Of a stretch of 64,000 nt of DNA, positions 49,387 to 63,099 are shown piece after piece (position 1 is the first letter of the stretch; each line of letters opens with the position of its first letter). The stretch is from assembly GCA_036172245.1 (NCBI GenBank), contig JAYWIR010000031.1:2108001-2172000 (forward strand), in the 5' to 3' direction. The notes beneath the pieces were generated by a model. That model was not told the origin of the DNA and searched no databases. It saw only the letters and a list, made by a program, of their open reading frames with translations. Source of the stretch: Raillietiella orientalis. Lineage: Eukaryota. The translations under genes were made by a program, and so were the position numbers.

Positions 49387-52300
49387 TCAATGTAATTTTT
49401 GGTGCCGGTTCAACCCATCATTTCTGCGAAATGTCTTTTTACAAATATTGCATTCATATGGCTTGATATTTTGATGGATCTTTAGATGTCTGCTTAAATG
49501 ATCTTTGCGATAAAACACTGCACTACACACCTGACAAGTAAACTGGTAGTAATGTTCAGGTTCTTCATTCTTATCATGATTTTCCAAATGCCTAAGCAAA
49601 TTGTATTTGCGATGGAATGTTTTAACGCACATTGGGCATTGAAATGTGTTTTCTTCTAAATGCTCCTTCATTTTGTGGCCATTCAACATAGATAAGGTGG
49701 GAAAACCTGCACTACATGAATTGCATTTGTATTGATTGGGATCATTTTGTGTTTGGGGCACATGTACGTGCTGGCGAAATGCATCAAGATCTTTGAATTT
49801 CAACTTACATGTTTCACAAGTATAGAGAGGAGGAATATGTCCCAAGTCTCCATGTATTAACTGGACATGGCTAGCTAAATGTGCCCACCAATTAAACTGT
49901 TTATGGCAATGTTGGCATTCCAGTGGGCCTTCTGATCTATGATGACGCATATGATTCATTAAGCCAGAACGTGTCTTAAAATGAGCTTCACATGCTGATT
50001 CCGGACAACAGTAAATTGTATCATTCAAACCAACTAATTCTGAAGTGTTGTATGATTTGGGGAAGGAAAGGCTGCTGTTCAGAGGAAATGCAGGTAAAGA
50101 TGAATTGTATCTGCCATTATGACTTTCTAAAATGGAGAAAGTCTTCTCATTTGCTTCAGAACAGCCATTGGCTACAGAATGATTTGGATTTAACTGGGAG
50201 TCGCCATCCATCTTGGGATTAGATCTCAGGTCATTGACATCTGCTTTATTGTCCCACTGAAGAAACATAAATTCATCATATGAGAGAGAGAGGAAAAAAG
50301 ATCCACATTATACATAAGTAGATTTACTAGTAAATAAAATTGATGTTTTAAATATCATTTTAATGAAATGCAAGTTTTATTTTTTTTGATGACCCCCTCA
50401 ATTTTATCAAAGATCTACCTGTTTCACCTATCAAGAAAAATCATTTTTATTCCTCTATCAGCAAAATGCATGCAGATATTACCTTGTTTGTCACTTGACA
50501 TTTATTATTTGGAATGCCAAGATTCTAAACACTTATAATGGGCTCACATTTTCTAGACCACAGTATTCCCAAAAATCCTTTTTCAAAACAATTTTTCGAT
50601 CCTAGCATTTTCTTTTCTTTGAATTAGAATGCCTCAAATCATACAAAACATTATAAACGAAGTCTACACAACAATGAAAAAAAGGACCTTCATAGAACTT
50701 TCAAAAATCACCATTCAAAGAAAGTGCTCACCCATACCATCACGTTTATCTTTTCTAATCATCTGAATTTACAAGCTACATCATGCTGAGCAATGCTATA
50801 GAAGAATTTAAAGTCACTGCATTCCAAAATTCTAAGATTGCTTACTGTTTCTTCTGTGTACAGTAATAGGTGCAAAATAGTGCTAAACAAGTCTACTTCT
50901 TGGATAATTTACACAGAAAAACAGTTAAGAAATGACCACCATACGATAAAATATTTGTATGGAAAGTAAGGTTTCTGCATGGGATTTCAGGATCACAGAT
51001 TCATAGAAAAATTCAAAAGGAACTATACTAGTGTCACGAAATCAACTGCAAATAAGTTAAATGATTACTGTCATGATACAAAAACAGCATATTTGTACAT
51101 GTGTGTACACATATAGGATGATCTACATACAAAACATATAGCATGACCAGTAACAATGCAAACAATAACTTTTAGCAACAGTAATTCAAGCAATGTATGC
51201 ATGAAAATTCAAGAATTTTTGAAACATCTATGTACATTGGGTATACATGCAAGCACTGCAACCATATGGATCATATAAACATGAATGAATCTGCCTATGA
51301 ATCACCTTAATACATCAAAAAAGCCAAATACTTAATTTATTTTGAGCATTAAACCAGTATGTGCTACTAAATCATATTTTGGACTTACAGCAACACTCTC
51401 AAAATCCCGGAGTTCTTAAAAACAACACCTGACAATGTTTACTTAAAGCTTACCTGTCCTTTTGGTTTCTTGCCACAGAGTACATTGTCATCTAAGATTT
51501 GAGAAATCCAACTAACTGGTGTTGATGAAACATTCGAATTTTGTACAAATAAATTTGCATTCAAGTTAGCAGGCAGTTCGTTTTCTACGTTAGTCAATGA
51601 TGATAACCTCTTGAGAGCATTCTGAGGATCAGCATTTCCTTCTTGTAATTCCACCCTACAAAGATTACTGACATCAAGAGCTCGATTATCACTGGAATTC
51701 GGATTAAAATGTACAGCACTATAATTAATGATCGATGTTTGAATTGCACTGGTATGTCTGACTGTGTTAGGATCAAATGGAAAGTATGGCATATTTTCAT
51801 AATTTGTTGTCAATGATCCTACATCTGAGAGTTTCGATATCACAGCTTGTTTTTTCCCAAATGGTTGAATATTAGTGAAAGAACCATTGTTTTTTACAAC
51901 AGACTTATCTTGATATAATTTTCGTATTTCTTTTTTGATTTGTACAACTTTAACTTCAAACGAATCCACCATTTCAATCAAGTTTTGGCATCTTTCACAA
52001 ATATACGATTCACTTTGATGGAATTCAGTGAAGACGCCAACAAGTACTTCCTTTAAAAATTTTAGAAAAACTGTACTTGTGCATGCTGTTCTAGATCCCA
52101 ACATGCATAAACCTTCAAAACTCCCATTATCATTATTTGGTATTGTCTTTCCACAAACAAAACAGACTATATCAAAATTTCCATGACTGAATTCCATTTG
52201 GGTCACCAAGCTTCCATCAGATTGTCTGTATTAAAGAAATATTCTTTAAGGAGAAATATGCATATTTACATCACATTTATGGAGATTTTATAATTTTATT

Positions 52301-52963
52301 CTGATAACACATTTCAATCCACATATTATTACTTCATTATGAAAGTGAATACCAAATCATTTAGCATGAAAAAGAAAATTAAAATTATAGCAAAGTTACA
52401 AATTTCACAACAGACTTAGGCTTATAGAACAAATAAAAATTTGATAATTTCATTATAGAAACTCAAACCTTATATGAGAATGTCTCATATTAATCCGGCA
52501 TAATTCTTTTGTGTGGGTGGGAAGTATTGTAGGTATTGAATTTTCTTTCAGTATTTTTTTTCCTGTTTCATTTATGCAGGGATGAAAATCGTTTTCAGTA
52601 AAATGCAGTGCACAAATGCGTGACGGGGTTTCTATCTATAAATATATTTGCAAAAACAAATTAAAGAATCAGTTACATTTGGATCATGGAAGGCTACGGT
52701 TCATTAACACTGAATGATATCTTAAGCTTGATGACAGTCACACAATAAACAGAACGAATCACAATTCAATTATACGTGCGTTTAATTATACAAAAAAGTG
52801 TAACACAAAAAGAATATCAAAAAATTACCGAATAAATATTAAGTTTCATGCTAAGGATCCATTGCTTCTTTAACTCATCATTTTCGGGGAAGGGAAATAA
52901 GGTTACAGATTTATCGAAATGCTTTTCATTTGGACAACCAGGAATACAGCACAAGTAACTCAT
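49387..52963 (-). CDS. THAP + ZAD + 7 C2H2-type zinc-finger transcription factor, 4 exons
   Basis: Exons 52963-~52829 (MSYLCCIPGC..FPFP..KQW), 52635-52469 (ICALHF..SIPTI), 52225-51454 (CFVC..ICERC, ZAD-like), 50256-49387 (seven fingers, the third atypical); splice phases join in frame. Confidence 0.88.
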
Positions 52964-55900
52964 TTTGCTATTTACGGCTTTATTCAACTGATGGTTAATA
53001 TACCTCAAATTCAGTCAAAGCATATTTTAATTTTAAGTTTAAACTCACTATTACAATACCAGCAATTTTTGCTTATCACAAGATTATCGTTTCATTACAC
53101 ATTTCAAAGCTAGCCAAAACAAGCCGCCATTCTTACCGGATAAACTTAACTTACGTGCATGTAACTACTAAAAAAAAAATATTGAATTGTTTCCAAACAA
53201 AATACCGTATTAATCTTTAATCAACGTATAGGTAGCTATATTTTCATATAGGAATTTATACAATAAATGTCAATTACATTAGAGCTAATTTTTGGTCTCC
53301 AATAATTAATATCATTGCAATATGATTCCTATGGGGGGGGGGGAGGGGAACGCTGTATCACATACAACAAATGATAATTAAAATATCGACTCCACTTCAA
53401 ATAACTAGCTAGAGAAAATGTTACGGGAAATTTGCAATAATGATTTCTGACACGATTTCAGTTAATTTCAAACAAGTAAATGATGAAGCTATTTTTTTTA
53501 AAGACAAATGTCAAATATTCAAAATGATCATGACATATGTTTTAGGTGGTTTCGAAAGAGAAAACAGATAGCAATTTGAAAAACCTTATATAATTAACCG
53601 AACCCTTGATAATTCTATTAAGTGATAAATCTTCCGTATAATTGTTAAGGACACGCTAATGTCAATGTTCATATAACGTGAATGATAAGAGATTTAAAAA
53701 GCTTATGAAAGCTAACTAAAGTGCATACAGAAAGAGTCTTCCAAGAATATTAGGATATATAATAGAATATATAATAATATTCCAAGAATAGAAAAGGAAT
53801 ATAAATTTAATGAACTTTCAATCAAAATTCCTAATTTGTTTTACGACGACAGCTTCATTAAGGTGACCGAAGCTGTGTTCTATAATGAAAATTTTTAATA
53901 GCTTTGAAAATTTTCCTAGTTGAGTTCATTTATGCAAGTAATGAAAAAGATCATAAATTGTAATAATGTTGATCAGTGATCGATATTTTTCCAATTGTGG
54001 CTGTAAAAACAACAAGGGTGAGTGAAGCATTAATTACACATTCCGTACAACATTAAAAAAATAAATAAATAAAAGGAGCAAAGGAAGGACAGTAAAAAGA
54101 GAATTATAAGGTAGAAAAAGAAAGCAATTACTTACAGGAAATAAGTATATCTTTTATCAGTGATTAAGAGTACAACTATTGCATCTGAGAGAAGAAGCAA
54201 ATCGAATAAGATCTCCTTCTAGATATTGACTCTTAAAGCACAAACACAAAACATAACATTCATGCCCTAGTAGAAACAGCATAACTATACTCACGAATTT
54301 CACAAGCAACTCTCTTGTTTCACTCTATTCACTTTTCGTTTATTGTGCTTCCCAAATACAGTTTTTAAAATACATTACTGCATAATTTCTTTACGAAGAC
54401 AAGAATTTCCATAGATCTGGACTCATACCGAATGACATTAGGTATAGCCTAGACATCTGTCTTTGAGACCGATATGTGACATCTTCATAAATATTTACTA
54501 ATGAGACTATTCGAAGTTCAATCAAGAGAGAGCCCAAACAAGAGGCTTCCCTAGGGTCTCAACTGAAAATAAAGTGAAATAAACCTCGGACGTATTAGAA
54601 CAAAGAGTTTTTAGCTGGTGACAAATGAGTTCAAATATCAATGCAAGAAATTATTACAAGCACCTGAGTACCTGATTTTGCATTTATTTACACTAAATAG
54701 AAGACTCTCGTAGTACATCTATTTGTCAGAAAATACAATGAATTTTGATTATGACTGGCTATCTTGATCTTCTATAGAATGTTGATGACAATGACTTGCA
54801 ATCGAATCCAGAAAATGAAATTATGAAGGCTGAAGCAAAATTATTTCAACGGTACATTTAAAGGTTATAATGATTGAATGGCTACCTCCACGCTTTATCA
54901 GAGATATCTTTATCTTATCTTTCCCACACTCCCAAATGAAAATGAATAATTAGGAGGTTGCATTTTTCATTTATTATATGTTCATAAGGAAGAATTAAAT
55001 GAGGAAACAGGCAAGCAAGTGCCATTAGCATGTCGTGATTCCCTGTCATCCATCAGAATATATCTAAACATTTGGGAATCGAAATTGCGATAGAAGCTAA
55101 ATTGAACTTTAACGGAACAGTGATTCCAATCTGATTCAACACTGCATTCAATACAGAAATGGTGCTTCACTCGAAAAAAATCAGTCAATTTTCATGTTTT
55201 GGTGCAACTTGAATTTTCGTGTTTGAACGTCAGCGAAAGTCTACGGATATCCATCCAGAGCAGCCCATTTCGATTGCTCCGAAGCATTCGCATGCCGACG
55301 AATGTTGCTGAAAGGGCTCTCAACAAATTTGGATTTTTCTTTTCGAAAAAAGGTTGTTCATTCCACTTCAAGCAACCGTGAAGAGAAGAGATTTTCATTC
55401 GGAAGCCTCAATTTCCCGATTTATTCGTTCCCCCCCCCCCCCCGGAAGAAGGAAAACATGGACCCTCAAGCGAAAGAGTCGCGTGTGTGCGTGTCTTGGA
55501 TAACTGTCTTGGTGACTGCCAAAAAGGTGAAGCATGAGAGAGAGATCACACCGTTACGATCATATTTGCATAAACAGTCTCTAATCATCACGGAGTTTGA
55601 ATCTCGATTCCAAAAAATGTCCCGAAGCTTTTATTCATTTAGAACAACCTATTTATAAGTCGTTTTATCGGTTTCTTTCTTAAGGAATCCGCTGACTCGG
55701 TGAATAGAGAGCTCATCCAAGCAGGACGTTGGTAATGAACACTGCGTGTAAGAGACAACCACGGGTGTTTCTTTCCTTTTTGAATCGACGCTTACTTGGA
55801 ATTCTTGCTCACTACCTAAACAACACATATACCTTTCATGGTGTTCTTTAGTGTAGAGTATATATCCAGTAACCCACGGATAATTTGAGGTACATCGTAC

Positions 55901-56471
55901 ATAGTACTTACGTCTGTGAAGCTATTTGATATTAACAGATTACCATTAGAATAGTTTGAGAATTTCACCAGTGTCCCATCTACTACTGACCCATTCGAAA
56001 CTCAAGTGATCAATGCATAGATACGAATTTTTGGGAAGATCGGGTTGCCCCCTCATTCTTTCGAACCGAGCCAGTCTCGAATGGACGGCCTCGACAACTT
56101 GAGGGTGCCCAAGTGCACATCCATGTGGAGGTGCATCTTGGTGAAATGGATCCAGTTAGGCCCGCTGCTGGCTCTCCTTCCCGAAGCCGTTTCCTCCCGA
56201 GAGCACTCCTGTTCTGCAACCGGGGATCAGTTCCTCCGTCCGACTCAGCGTGCTCTGTGCAGGCGCCCGCCTGCTCCAGCGGGGCGCAGCAACGTGAATG
56301 TGTGCGTGCGCGTGCATCTGCAGCAGCAAACATCCGAAGCACCTCTATCGAGGAAAAATCTCTATTGACCAGATACCCTTTGCTCGACAAATAAATGCCA
56401 GAGCAGTTGGATGGAAATGCCGAACGCACTTCCATGAGGCACAGGTCGGAAGACACGCAATTGGCATGCTG

Positions 56472-56480
56472 ACCACCACC

Positions 56481-56512
<32 letters not shown>

Positions 56513-56520
56513 CAACAACA
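56472..56520 (+). repeat. Compound (CAC)n(CAA)n microsatellite
   Basis: Direct reading. Confidence 0.95.
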
Positions 56521-57084
56521 AAAAGACAAAAAATGATTGCGGTTCATTAATCCTTCGCGGTGAAGTCCATTTCTGCGGTCGGATGTGCGATTCAGAGTGC
56601 CAAAAAACGTGCTGGCAAAGGTCGGCGATTCATTTTCGAACCATTCTTTTCCCGGGAGATCAGCATCAGAAATCTCTCCTCTTCCTCCCCCCTACCTCCC
56701 CTCCGAAAAAACGAAAAAAAGAAACAAAAAGAAGAAGAAGAAGAAGAAGAAGAAGAAAAAAAACGTCCTCGTGAAAGGCTCATTACCATGAGGAACAAAC
56801 CAACGTTTCGCACAGAGTCCTCCAGAGAGCTCGTAATCGTTCGTTACGTTGCCCTTTGCCGTCTTCTCTGCTGCCGATTCCTGTGTCATATTTTTAGCCT
56901 GAGGACGCACAACTGATTAATCCTTCTTCAATCAGCTGCAGAGGGAAAACACTTCTTTTCCTTGAGAAATACAGATTTTCAATCAGCTTGCGATGATGAT
57001 TCGAGACTCCTTGCATTTCATCTTGGCGTAACGGCTAAAAAAGGAGGTGGAGGGGGGGGGGAGTGGATAAAAAAAAAAAAAGGA

Positions 57085-57091
<7 letters not shown>

Positions 57092-57152
<61 letters not shown>
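57092..57152 (+). repeat. (GA)n microsatellite
   Basis: Direct reading, about 30 units. Confidence 0.97.
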
Positions 57153-57158
<6 letters not shown>

Positions 57159-57499
57159 GAAGACGAAGAAGCTCTTCTTCCGAGAGCAAACATTTGCGAC
57201 TCCCCAGTTGCCTCCATGTTTGAAGCTGCGCGCAGACTGTACGCGCACTCGCGCATGCGCGGAGAGCAAACATCAGGTCAATCACATGCAAATCCGTACG
57301 CGTAGGCAACGTTTTGCACGGGGAACACCAAAGATTTTTCTTAGCGAGGGATCCACATCTGGAACCGCGCATATGCGTCGCTTTTCCGGAGGGTGTTTTC
57401 AAGGCATACAGATCCAGAATCAGCTGCAGAGAGATTCCTCGAGGTTACAACGACGCGTCTTCTCGCTGGCAGCAGATGGTTGTGCATCGGACGGATCGT

Positions 57500-58700
57500 T
57501 CCTGGCTCGGACGCATTCTTCGTAGGGAGCGTGAACGATGGCAGCCGAGCCGTGCTTTCCAGCTTCCCTTCCACCCTCGCCTGCTCTCTCGCTCCCTTGG
57601 CTTTTACCTAGGAGTTGGCTGTGCTGTTGGAAACCGGAGGATCGCTGCCCAGGCAAAACCTTTGCTTGCAGGAGGACGTTGTTGAAGGCCACGTTCTGCC
57701 GGCTCGTCTTTGCTGCCGCCTTGTTCCTGCGAGAAGCATCCGGAGCGCAAATGGTCCAGAATAGAGTTGTCCGTCTTGGAGACGTCTTGGAGGAGGATGT
57801 CAAGGAGAATTCTTCGGCAGAAACGAATTGTAGCAACATTGGCTGCTGCTCTTTGCGAGTCGCTTCTGTTTCGTTTTGAGGCCTACTTTGGCTTCTGAAT
57901 GACCGAAGAGGACATGTTTCGAAAAGGAACACGAAGGGCAAGCAAATAAACCAACAGAAAGAAGGCAAGAAGACCGAGAAAACGAGGCTGCGGGATGGAC
58001 CACGAAGGCTTGTGGAAGACAAAGGGAGCAACACCAAAAGGCAGAGCGCGAGAGAGCGAACTGTTTTCAAGCGTTCCTTCATCTCCAAGCCATCCTTTCA
58101 GCATTGGCTTCCATTTTCGTTTTCGCTTTCGTTTTTTTCCTGGAAGAATCAGTTTTTCGCTGAAAGAAGTGACGGCGCCGAAACGTGCCACCCACAGTGC
58201 GGAGTTGGGGGAGGGTTCGATCCGAGATCCCTCCAGCGAGAAGGATAGGATGGAAGTGAACGAAAGCCAAGACTTCACTTGGCCTGATGAGGCCAAGTGA
58301 AGTCTGCTAGGCGTGCCAACAGAAAGTCTTCCTGATCCCCGCTCCCACGGCCGAATCCACCGCTCTTTGGTTAAGCACACGAGCGAGTCTTCTTTCGTCT
58401 AGCGATTCCTCCAAACCGTAGAAGACAGGAATTGGTCTGAAGTACCCGGGAAAAGCACCAATGGCAAAAAAAATGCACGGACTCCGTGACACGGCAGCTA
58501 GAGGAAATGCCTTATCGGAAAGATCCAGGTTCACCCTTGTCTCGTGGAAGTCAGACCACCGAAAGAGTGTGGCAAAAGGAGCATCGTCCCAGCCACTGAG
58601 TAACTGCAGCCATTCTCCTATCTCGAGAGCTCTCAGACGATCGAGATGTCCATCTATTAAGGTCGACTTATCTCGAGGTAATCCTGAGCAGCATCGAGAG
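57500..58700 (-). mobile_element. Probable decayed tyrosine-recombinase ORF of a DIRS-like retrotransposon
   Basis: LGLIRPSEVL (LRxSE box, ~58290), KTSPRRTTLF, SSGFQQHS...EAGKHGS...PY (HSxR..AGWS..Y-like); stops and frameshifts present. Confidence 0.4.
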
Positions 58701-60749
58701 CAGCATTTGTACATACACATGGGATTCGTGCGTCCTTCCTCTGTTTCCTTCCCATCATCCTCGTTATCGTCTTCAGCGAAAGCTCCGGACGAGTCTTCAA
58801 AATGCACCACAATTAAATTTATCTTGCGGAGACATCGCCTCGCAGCTCTGTTCTGGTGGTCCGCATTTGAAAATTGTCCCGAGGCCGAGCAGTGGCGAGA
58901 CGTTTTTCGTTCCGATTGCTGCCCTCTCGAACGCTTCGGTTAACCGCGCGCCGCCTTTCCCTGCTTGGGTCTCCCCCCTCGTCCTTCCTCGCCGGCGCGA
59001 GTTCCAGATGGAACTTACCTGGGATCCCCACCACATCCTGCGAGGCGTGATGTCCTTCGTGTTCCGATTCTTCCCCACGGCATCCTGCAGGAACGGGGGG
59101 GGAGGGGCACCCCGGGGGGCGGCGACAAAGTGGATTCAGTCGACCTGCCCTTTGCTCTTTGGCTTTATCGCTGTTCCTTCGCTCTAAGTGAGGCAGCTTT
59201 GAGAAGACAAAAGAAGGAAAAAAAGAAAAAACTGCTGTCCAACACGCGGCGGGGTGTGATTCCCATGTCGTCACGGACACTCCTCTCGAAACACGCCGCG
59301 TGTTTACCGAAAAAAGAAAAGAAAAGAAGAAATCGCACCCAATTCTTTGCCAACAATGCCTCCCTTTGACAGACCGCGAGCCTTCGGTCGAACAAAGCGT
59401 ACATCGCCTGTACACGTTTATAAGTACAGAATTTCTACTATCAACTTTTAGATGGCGATTCGGAGTGGACGCAAATTCCTAATCGCACGCCCCGGTGCAT
59501 TAAAATTAGTCACGACGGCCGACTCCATCACACCATTCACCACGACGATTAGGGTCTTTCTCCACGAAGAATTCTGACCGACAGTAATCCCAAGCTTTTT
59601 TCTTTTTTTCCCCCCTTTCCTTTTTCGCGTTTACGACAACGGCGTGTGCAGAACAAGAAAAATTCACTAAGGAGCCGGGAAAGTGGCAGGGTTCTCTTCC
59701 ACTCCGGGTTGCGACCCGCGTTCCCCTCTCGAACGCCTCCCAGCGTCCGGCGATCTCTCCGGGATCCTCGGACGGCAAGTTCCCCTCCGAAAGTTAGCCG
59801 TCCTTCGTTAATTACCTATCGCCGCAAGGGAAACCGCTCGTTTGCGACGGGGCTTTCGATCCGGGACCACGTTCGAACGCCTCTAGGAGCAGGCTGCGAA
59901 AATGGGAATGCCCGCGTTTGGCTTTCGAGGAGACCCGCGTCGTTCGTGCTGCGCGTCTTTCCGTCCGCGTCCCGGCGGCCGAGCGCGGTTCCCGGAGCCG
60001 CACGCCAGAGTGCGCTGCGGACGGGGCTGGCCCCGAAGACAAGCGCGCGCACACAAAGGTCGCAACCGGACGTGCCCCACCGCCATGTTCGTCCCGCGCA
60101 GCGCAGCATCCGGAATTTTCGCTTTGCGTTCCCGGCCCCTGCGAGGAACTGCTTCCCGGGCGGACGACGCGCGCCCGCGCGCTATCGCAGCGCTTCTCTG
60201 CGCATCGCTGTTGTCGTTGCCCTGGCAAACTCTGCGTGGGTTGTTTCCCCGTTGTCTGCTGAAAAAATTCCTGGAGCCAGCCTTCCGGAGAACGCACGCA
60301 GCGCCTGGCGGCGGCAGGCGCGGGGACTCCGGTGGGAGCAGGCGAAGGCGGCGTCCGAGCTCGGGCGAGGAGGAGGGGCCGGCGAAAAGGGCTCGGAAGC
60401 TCCGCTCACGGGGTGCCCGTCCAGGAACAAAGAAGTGGCCGCCGTTTGAAGTGGAAAGGGATACACACGGCGCAGCTAGCTGCTGGCCTCTCTACCTTCC
60501 CTCCCCCCTCCCCTCGGTTAATCGCGGCCTGAGCCAAGACAAGGCGCGAGCGCAATCCCTCCTGATCCACTTTGAGCACGTCGGGCTTCCGGATTTTGAG
60601 CTTGCCGTGCATGCGCGAGCTAGCTCAGGATGAACAGCGAAGACGTCTGGGCAGCGAGGCACCGTACGTTCTCACTGACCTCGGGATTTCTGCATTCTTT
60701 CATTTCTGGATCGAATCGCTCTGTGTAACTCTTCAAGTTAGGGGAAGGG

Positions 60750-61300
60750 GGAACACTCCGGGAGGGGACCACCCTACGAATCCAGGAAGACTGCGGAGGA
60801 AAGAGTCCTTTCCTCTTACGCTTGGGAGGGAACCCCGAAGGAAAACTCCCCCTTATTCTCCTTGGAGGTCCCCCGGAAGGGGTCCACTCTTTGTTTCTTT
60901 TGCGAAAGGAACCCGGAAAGGAGTTTCGCTCTCAGAGTTTCTTCTCGGTCTAGAACCCGCGAGGGAATCGCTCCTTGTTTTTCCTCCTCCGAAGAGAACC
61001 CCGAACGGGCGCTTCCAAATCTCTCTGAAGGATCCACTCCCCGAAGGGAATAGTGCGCTTCTTTCACACTCTGGAGAGACATCGATCCACCAGCTCCATG
61101 GTGTTCGATGTGCACGCTCTGTCACCGCAAAAGGGTCGCACCCGGCGTGAACCGTGGGGGTGTTTAGCAAAATGGCTGACGATACGCGCAAGCGCCCGTC
61201 AAGTAGCTCCTGGCGTTCTCCGGCTTTCCCGAGGAGAGAGCTGGACCCGAGGGAAGCAGTCGCAAGGTGCCCGACGTGTCGCGGGCAAAGCCAGGATGCC
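60750..61300 (-). mobile_element. Probable decayed DIRS-type RNase H region
   Basis: In order: LTGAC (TDAS-like), HI[N]TMELV with one extra base (HINxLEL, ~61110), GGGKTRSDSL (QGGTRSxxL), NxxVDP (NxxADxLSR-like). Confidence 0.5.
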
Positions 61301-62675
61301 TGCGCGGTCGCCTGCCGCCGGGGGATTCCGCAATCCTTTCCGCGTTACGGGAGTGCTCTCCGGAGAGGGGAAGCCTGCTCTTCCATCCTGTCTCTTTCCC
61401 TTTCGGTCCAGCCGCCCTTCCGGATAAGAGGAGTTCGCCTTTCCAGAGCGCCTTCCCGGTTGGAGCCGCTCGCCTACTCGTCCACTCGCGGTTTCGGGGT
61501 GCGTGGTCGCTTTCCTGCCACCCAAACCGAAGGCAAGAAAGCAGGAAAAGCTGTCCTTCCCCCCTTCCTAGCATCCACGAATCCACAGGTGCTTTTCCGT
61601 TTTCGATCCAGGGAGGCAGAGGCCAGACTGCTTACTGGTCGCGGTTGCGCCACTTAAGCGCCCCCGCGGCTGGAGACAGGTCTCCGGCGGCGCGATCCAC
61701 CAAGGGAGCTTCGCGTTTCCCTCTCCCGGTTCGCCGATGCGTGAGCTCCAGAGCCGTGGAAGCGCGCGTGGAAGAACGGGGAAAAGGGGGCAGAAAAAAA
61801 AGCGGGGCTGCTGTGGGGCTTTCGACCCAGAAGCTGCTGCTGAGATCGCTGCGCCGTCTTCCTCCTTCTCCATCCCCGCTCTCCAACGACATCGCCCTCG
61901 TAAGTCCTGGGAAAAAGTCGGGAAGAAACATAGAAAATAAAAAAGAAAAGAAAAGAAAACAAAGCCAGAGTCAGGAAAACTGGCGCCCCTGCGAACACGT
62001 GTTCCGGAACGACCACCAGAATGCCAAACGCGAAGCCACGTGATCATCCAGAGAGAGACTCCGACTCCGTCCGACCCGACGCAGCGAGCAGGGATGAGAA
62101 CTTTGAGCCCATCCCAAGCAGTGAGGCCACCTGGTTCTCTCATCTCTACTTCCCTCCCCTCCTCTTCCTTCCTCCTCCTCCTTCTTCTCCTCCTCAGAAG
62201 AGGAAATGTGCCCAAGAGAAACGCTCCGTCGTTTGCGTGCCAACGTGCGGAGTCATCCCTTCGAGGAGCCACCAAATGCAGCGGTTCGGTCTGAAGTGAG
62301 AACCCCTGGCTTTCTTTCTGGAGCTGCTTTGGTGCACCGGGCTCAGTGCTGTTCCCTCTCAGTTTCCCTTCCTCCCAACGTTATCCTCCTTTTGCTCCTC
62401 CTCCTCCTCCCGGAATGGCGCTGGAGTTGGTGCATTCAAAAGGGGAGAAAAGAGACCGGCAACGAAAAGATGAAGCCGAAAAGAACGCGAGAATCCGGGA
62501 GTCCGCACCCGGAGGTCTCCCTGGATCTCTCCCTCTCTCCCCCTCCTCTTTCGACCAGTTCTGCCCGGCAGGGGATGCCCCCTCTCCCCCTTCCCCTACC
62601 CCTCGGGTGCGCGTGCGGCCCGCTCCTCGCCTTCCTCCTTGTGACGTCACGGAGAAAAATGGAAATAAATCGTGT

Positions 62676-62876
62676 TCACTTTTTTTTCTCTTTTATTGAT
62701 TTTTTGGGGGTCTCCACTTTGGGCAGGGCCGGGGAGGCGCTCTTCAGGTTCTCGTACATGTCCTCGATCTGCGGTTTGAAGTATTTCGCGATCTGTGACC
62801 TCTTGTATCTGCAGTTCGGCGTCAAGAGATCGTTGTGGATGGAGAAGGGGTCCGGATGCAGGTGTATGTCCGCCAC
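62676..62876 (-). CDS. Last coding exon of a long-chain fatty acyl-CoA synthetase (ACSL1/5-like); upstream exons lie outside the window
   Basis: Acceptor TCCATCTTTCAG|GTG; VADIHLHPDPFSIHNDLLTPNCRYKRSQIAKYFKPQIEDMYENL matches the ACSL C-terminus VKDIYLHPDPFSVxNGLLTPTxKxKR..YFKPQxEDMY. Confidence 0.88.
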   Translation of the reverse strand: MADIHLHPDPFSIHNDLLTPNCRYKRSQIAKYFKPQIEDMYENLKSASPALPKVETPKKSIKEKKK

Positions 62877-63099
62877 CTGAAAGATGGAAGCGGACCGTCA
62901 TCCAGCGTCGGCACTCTCGGGAGGCTACCGCTACGCATTCTGGAAAATCTGCCGCCTTTTCGGGCTGGCCTGTCGGAAGGGACGACGCAGCGGGCGCCGG
63001 CGGCGGTATTCCCGTACGGCTTAGGAACGGGATGGGGAGAAGGGTGTGTGGTGGGGGGAGGGAAGCGAAGAAGTGGCTCCCATATCCGGTGGATCGGAA

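Noticed and set aside
53350..54950. Purine-skewed stretch that looks like a decayed transposase
   Set aside because: No diagnostic motif could be read in any frame.
58170..58330. CTGATGA plus nearby GAAA suggesting a hammerhead ribozyme
   Set aside because: No stem III or UH cleavage site can be built and stem II would be only 3 bp; better explained as an inverted duplication.
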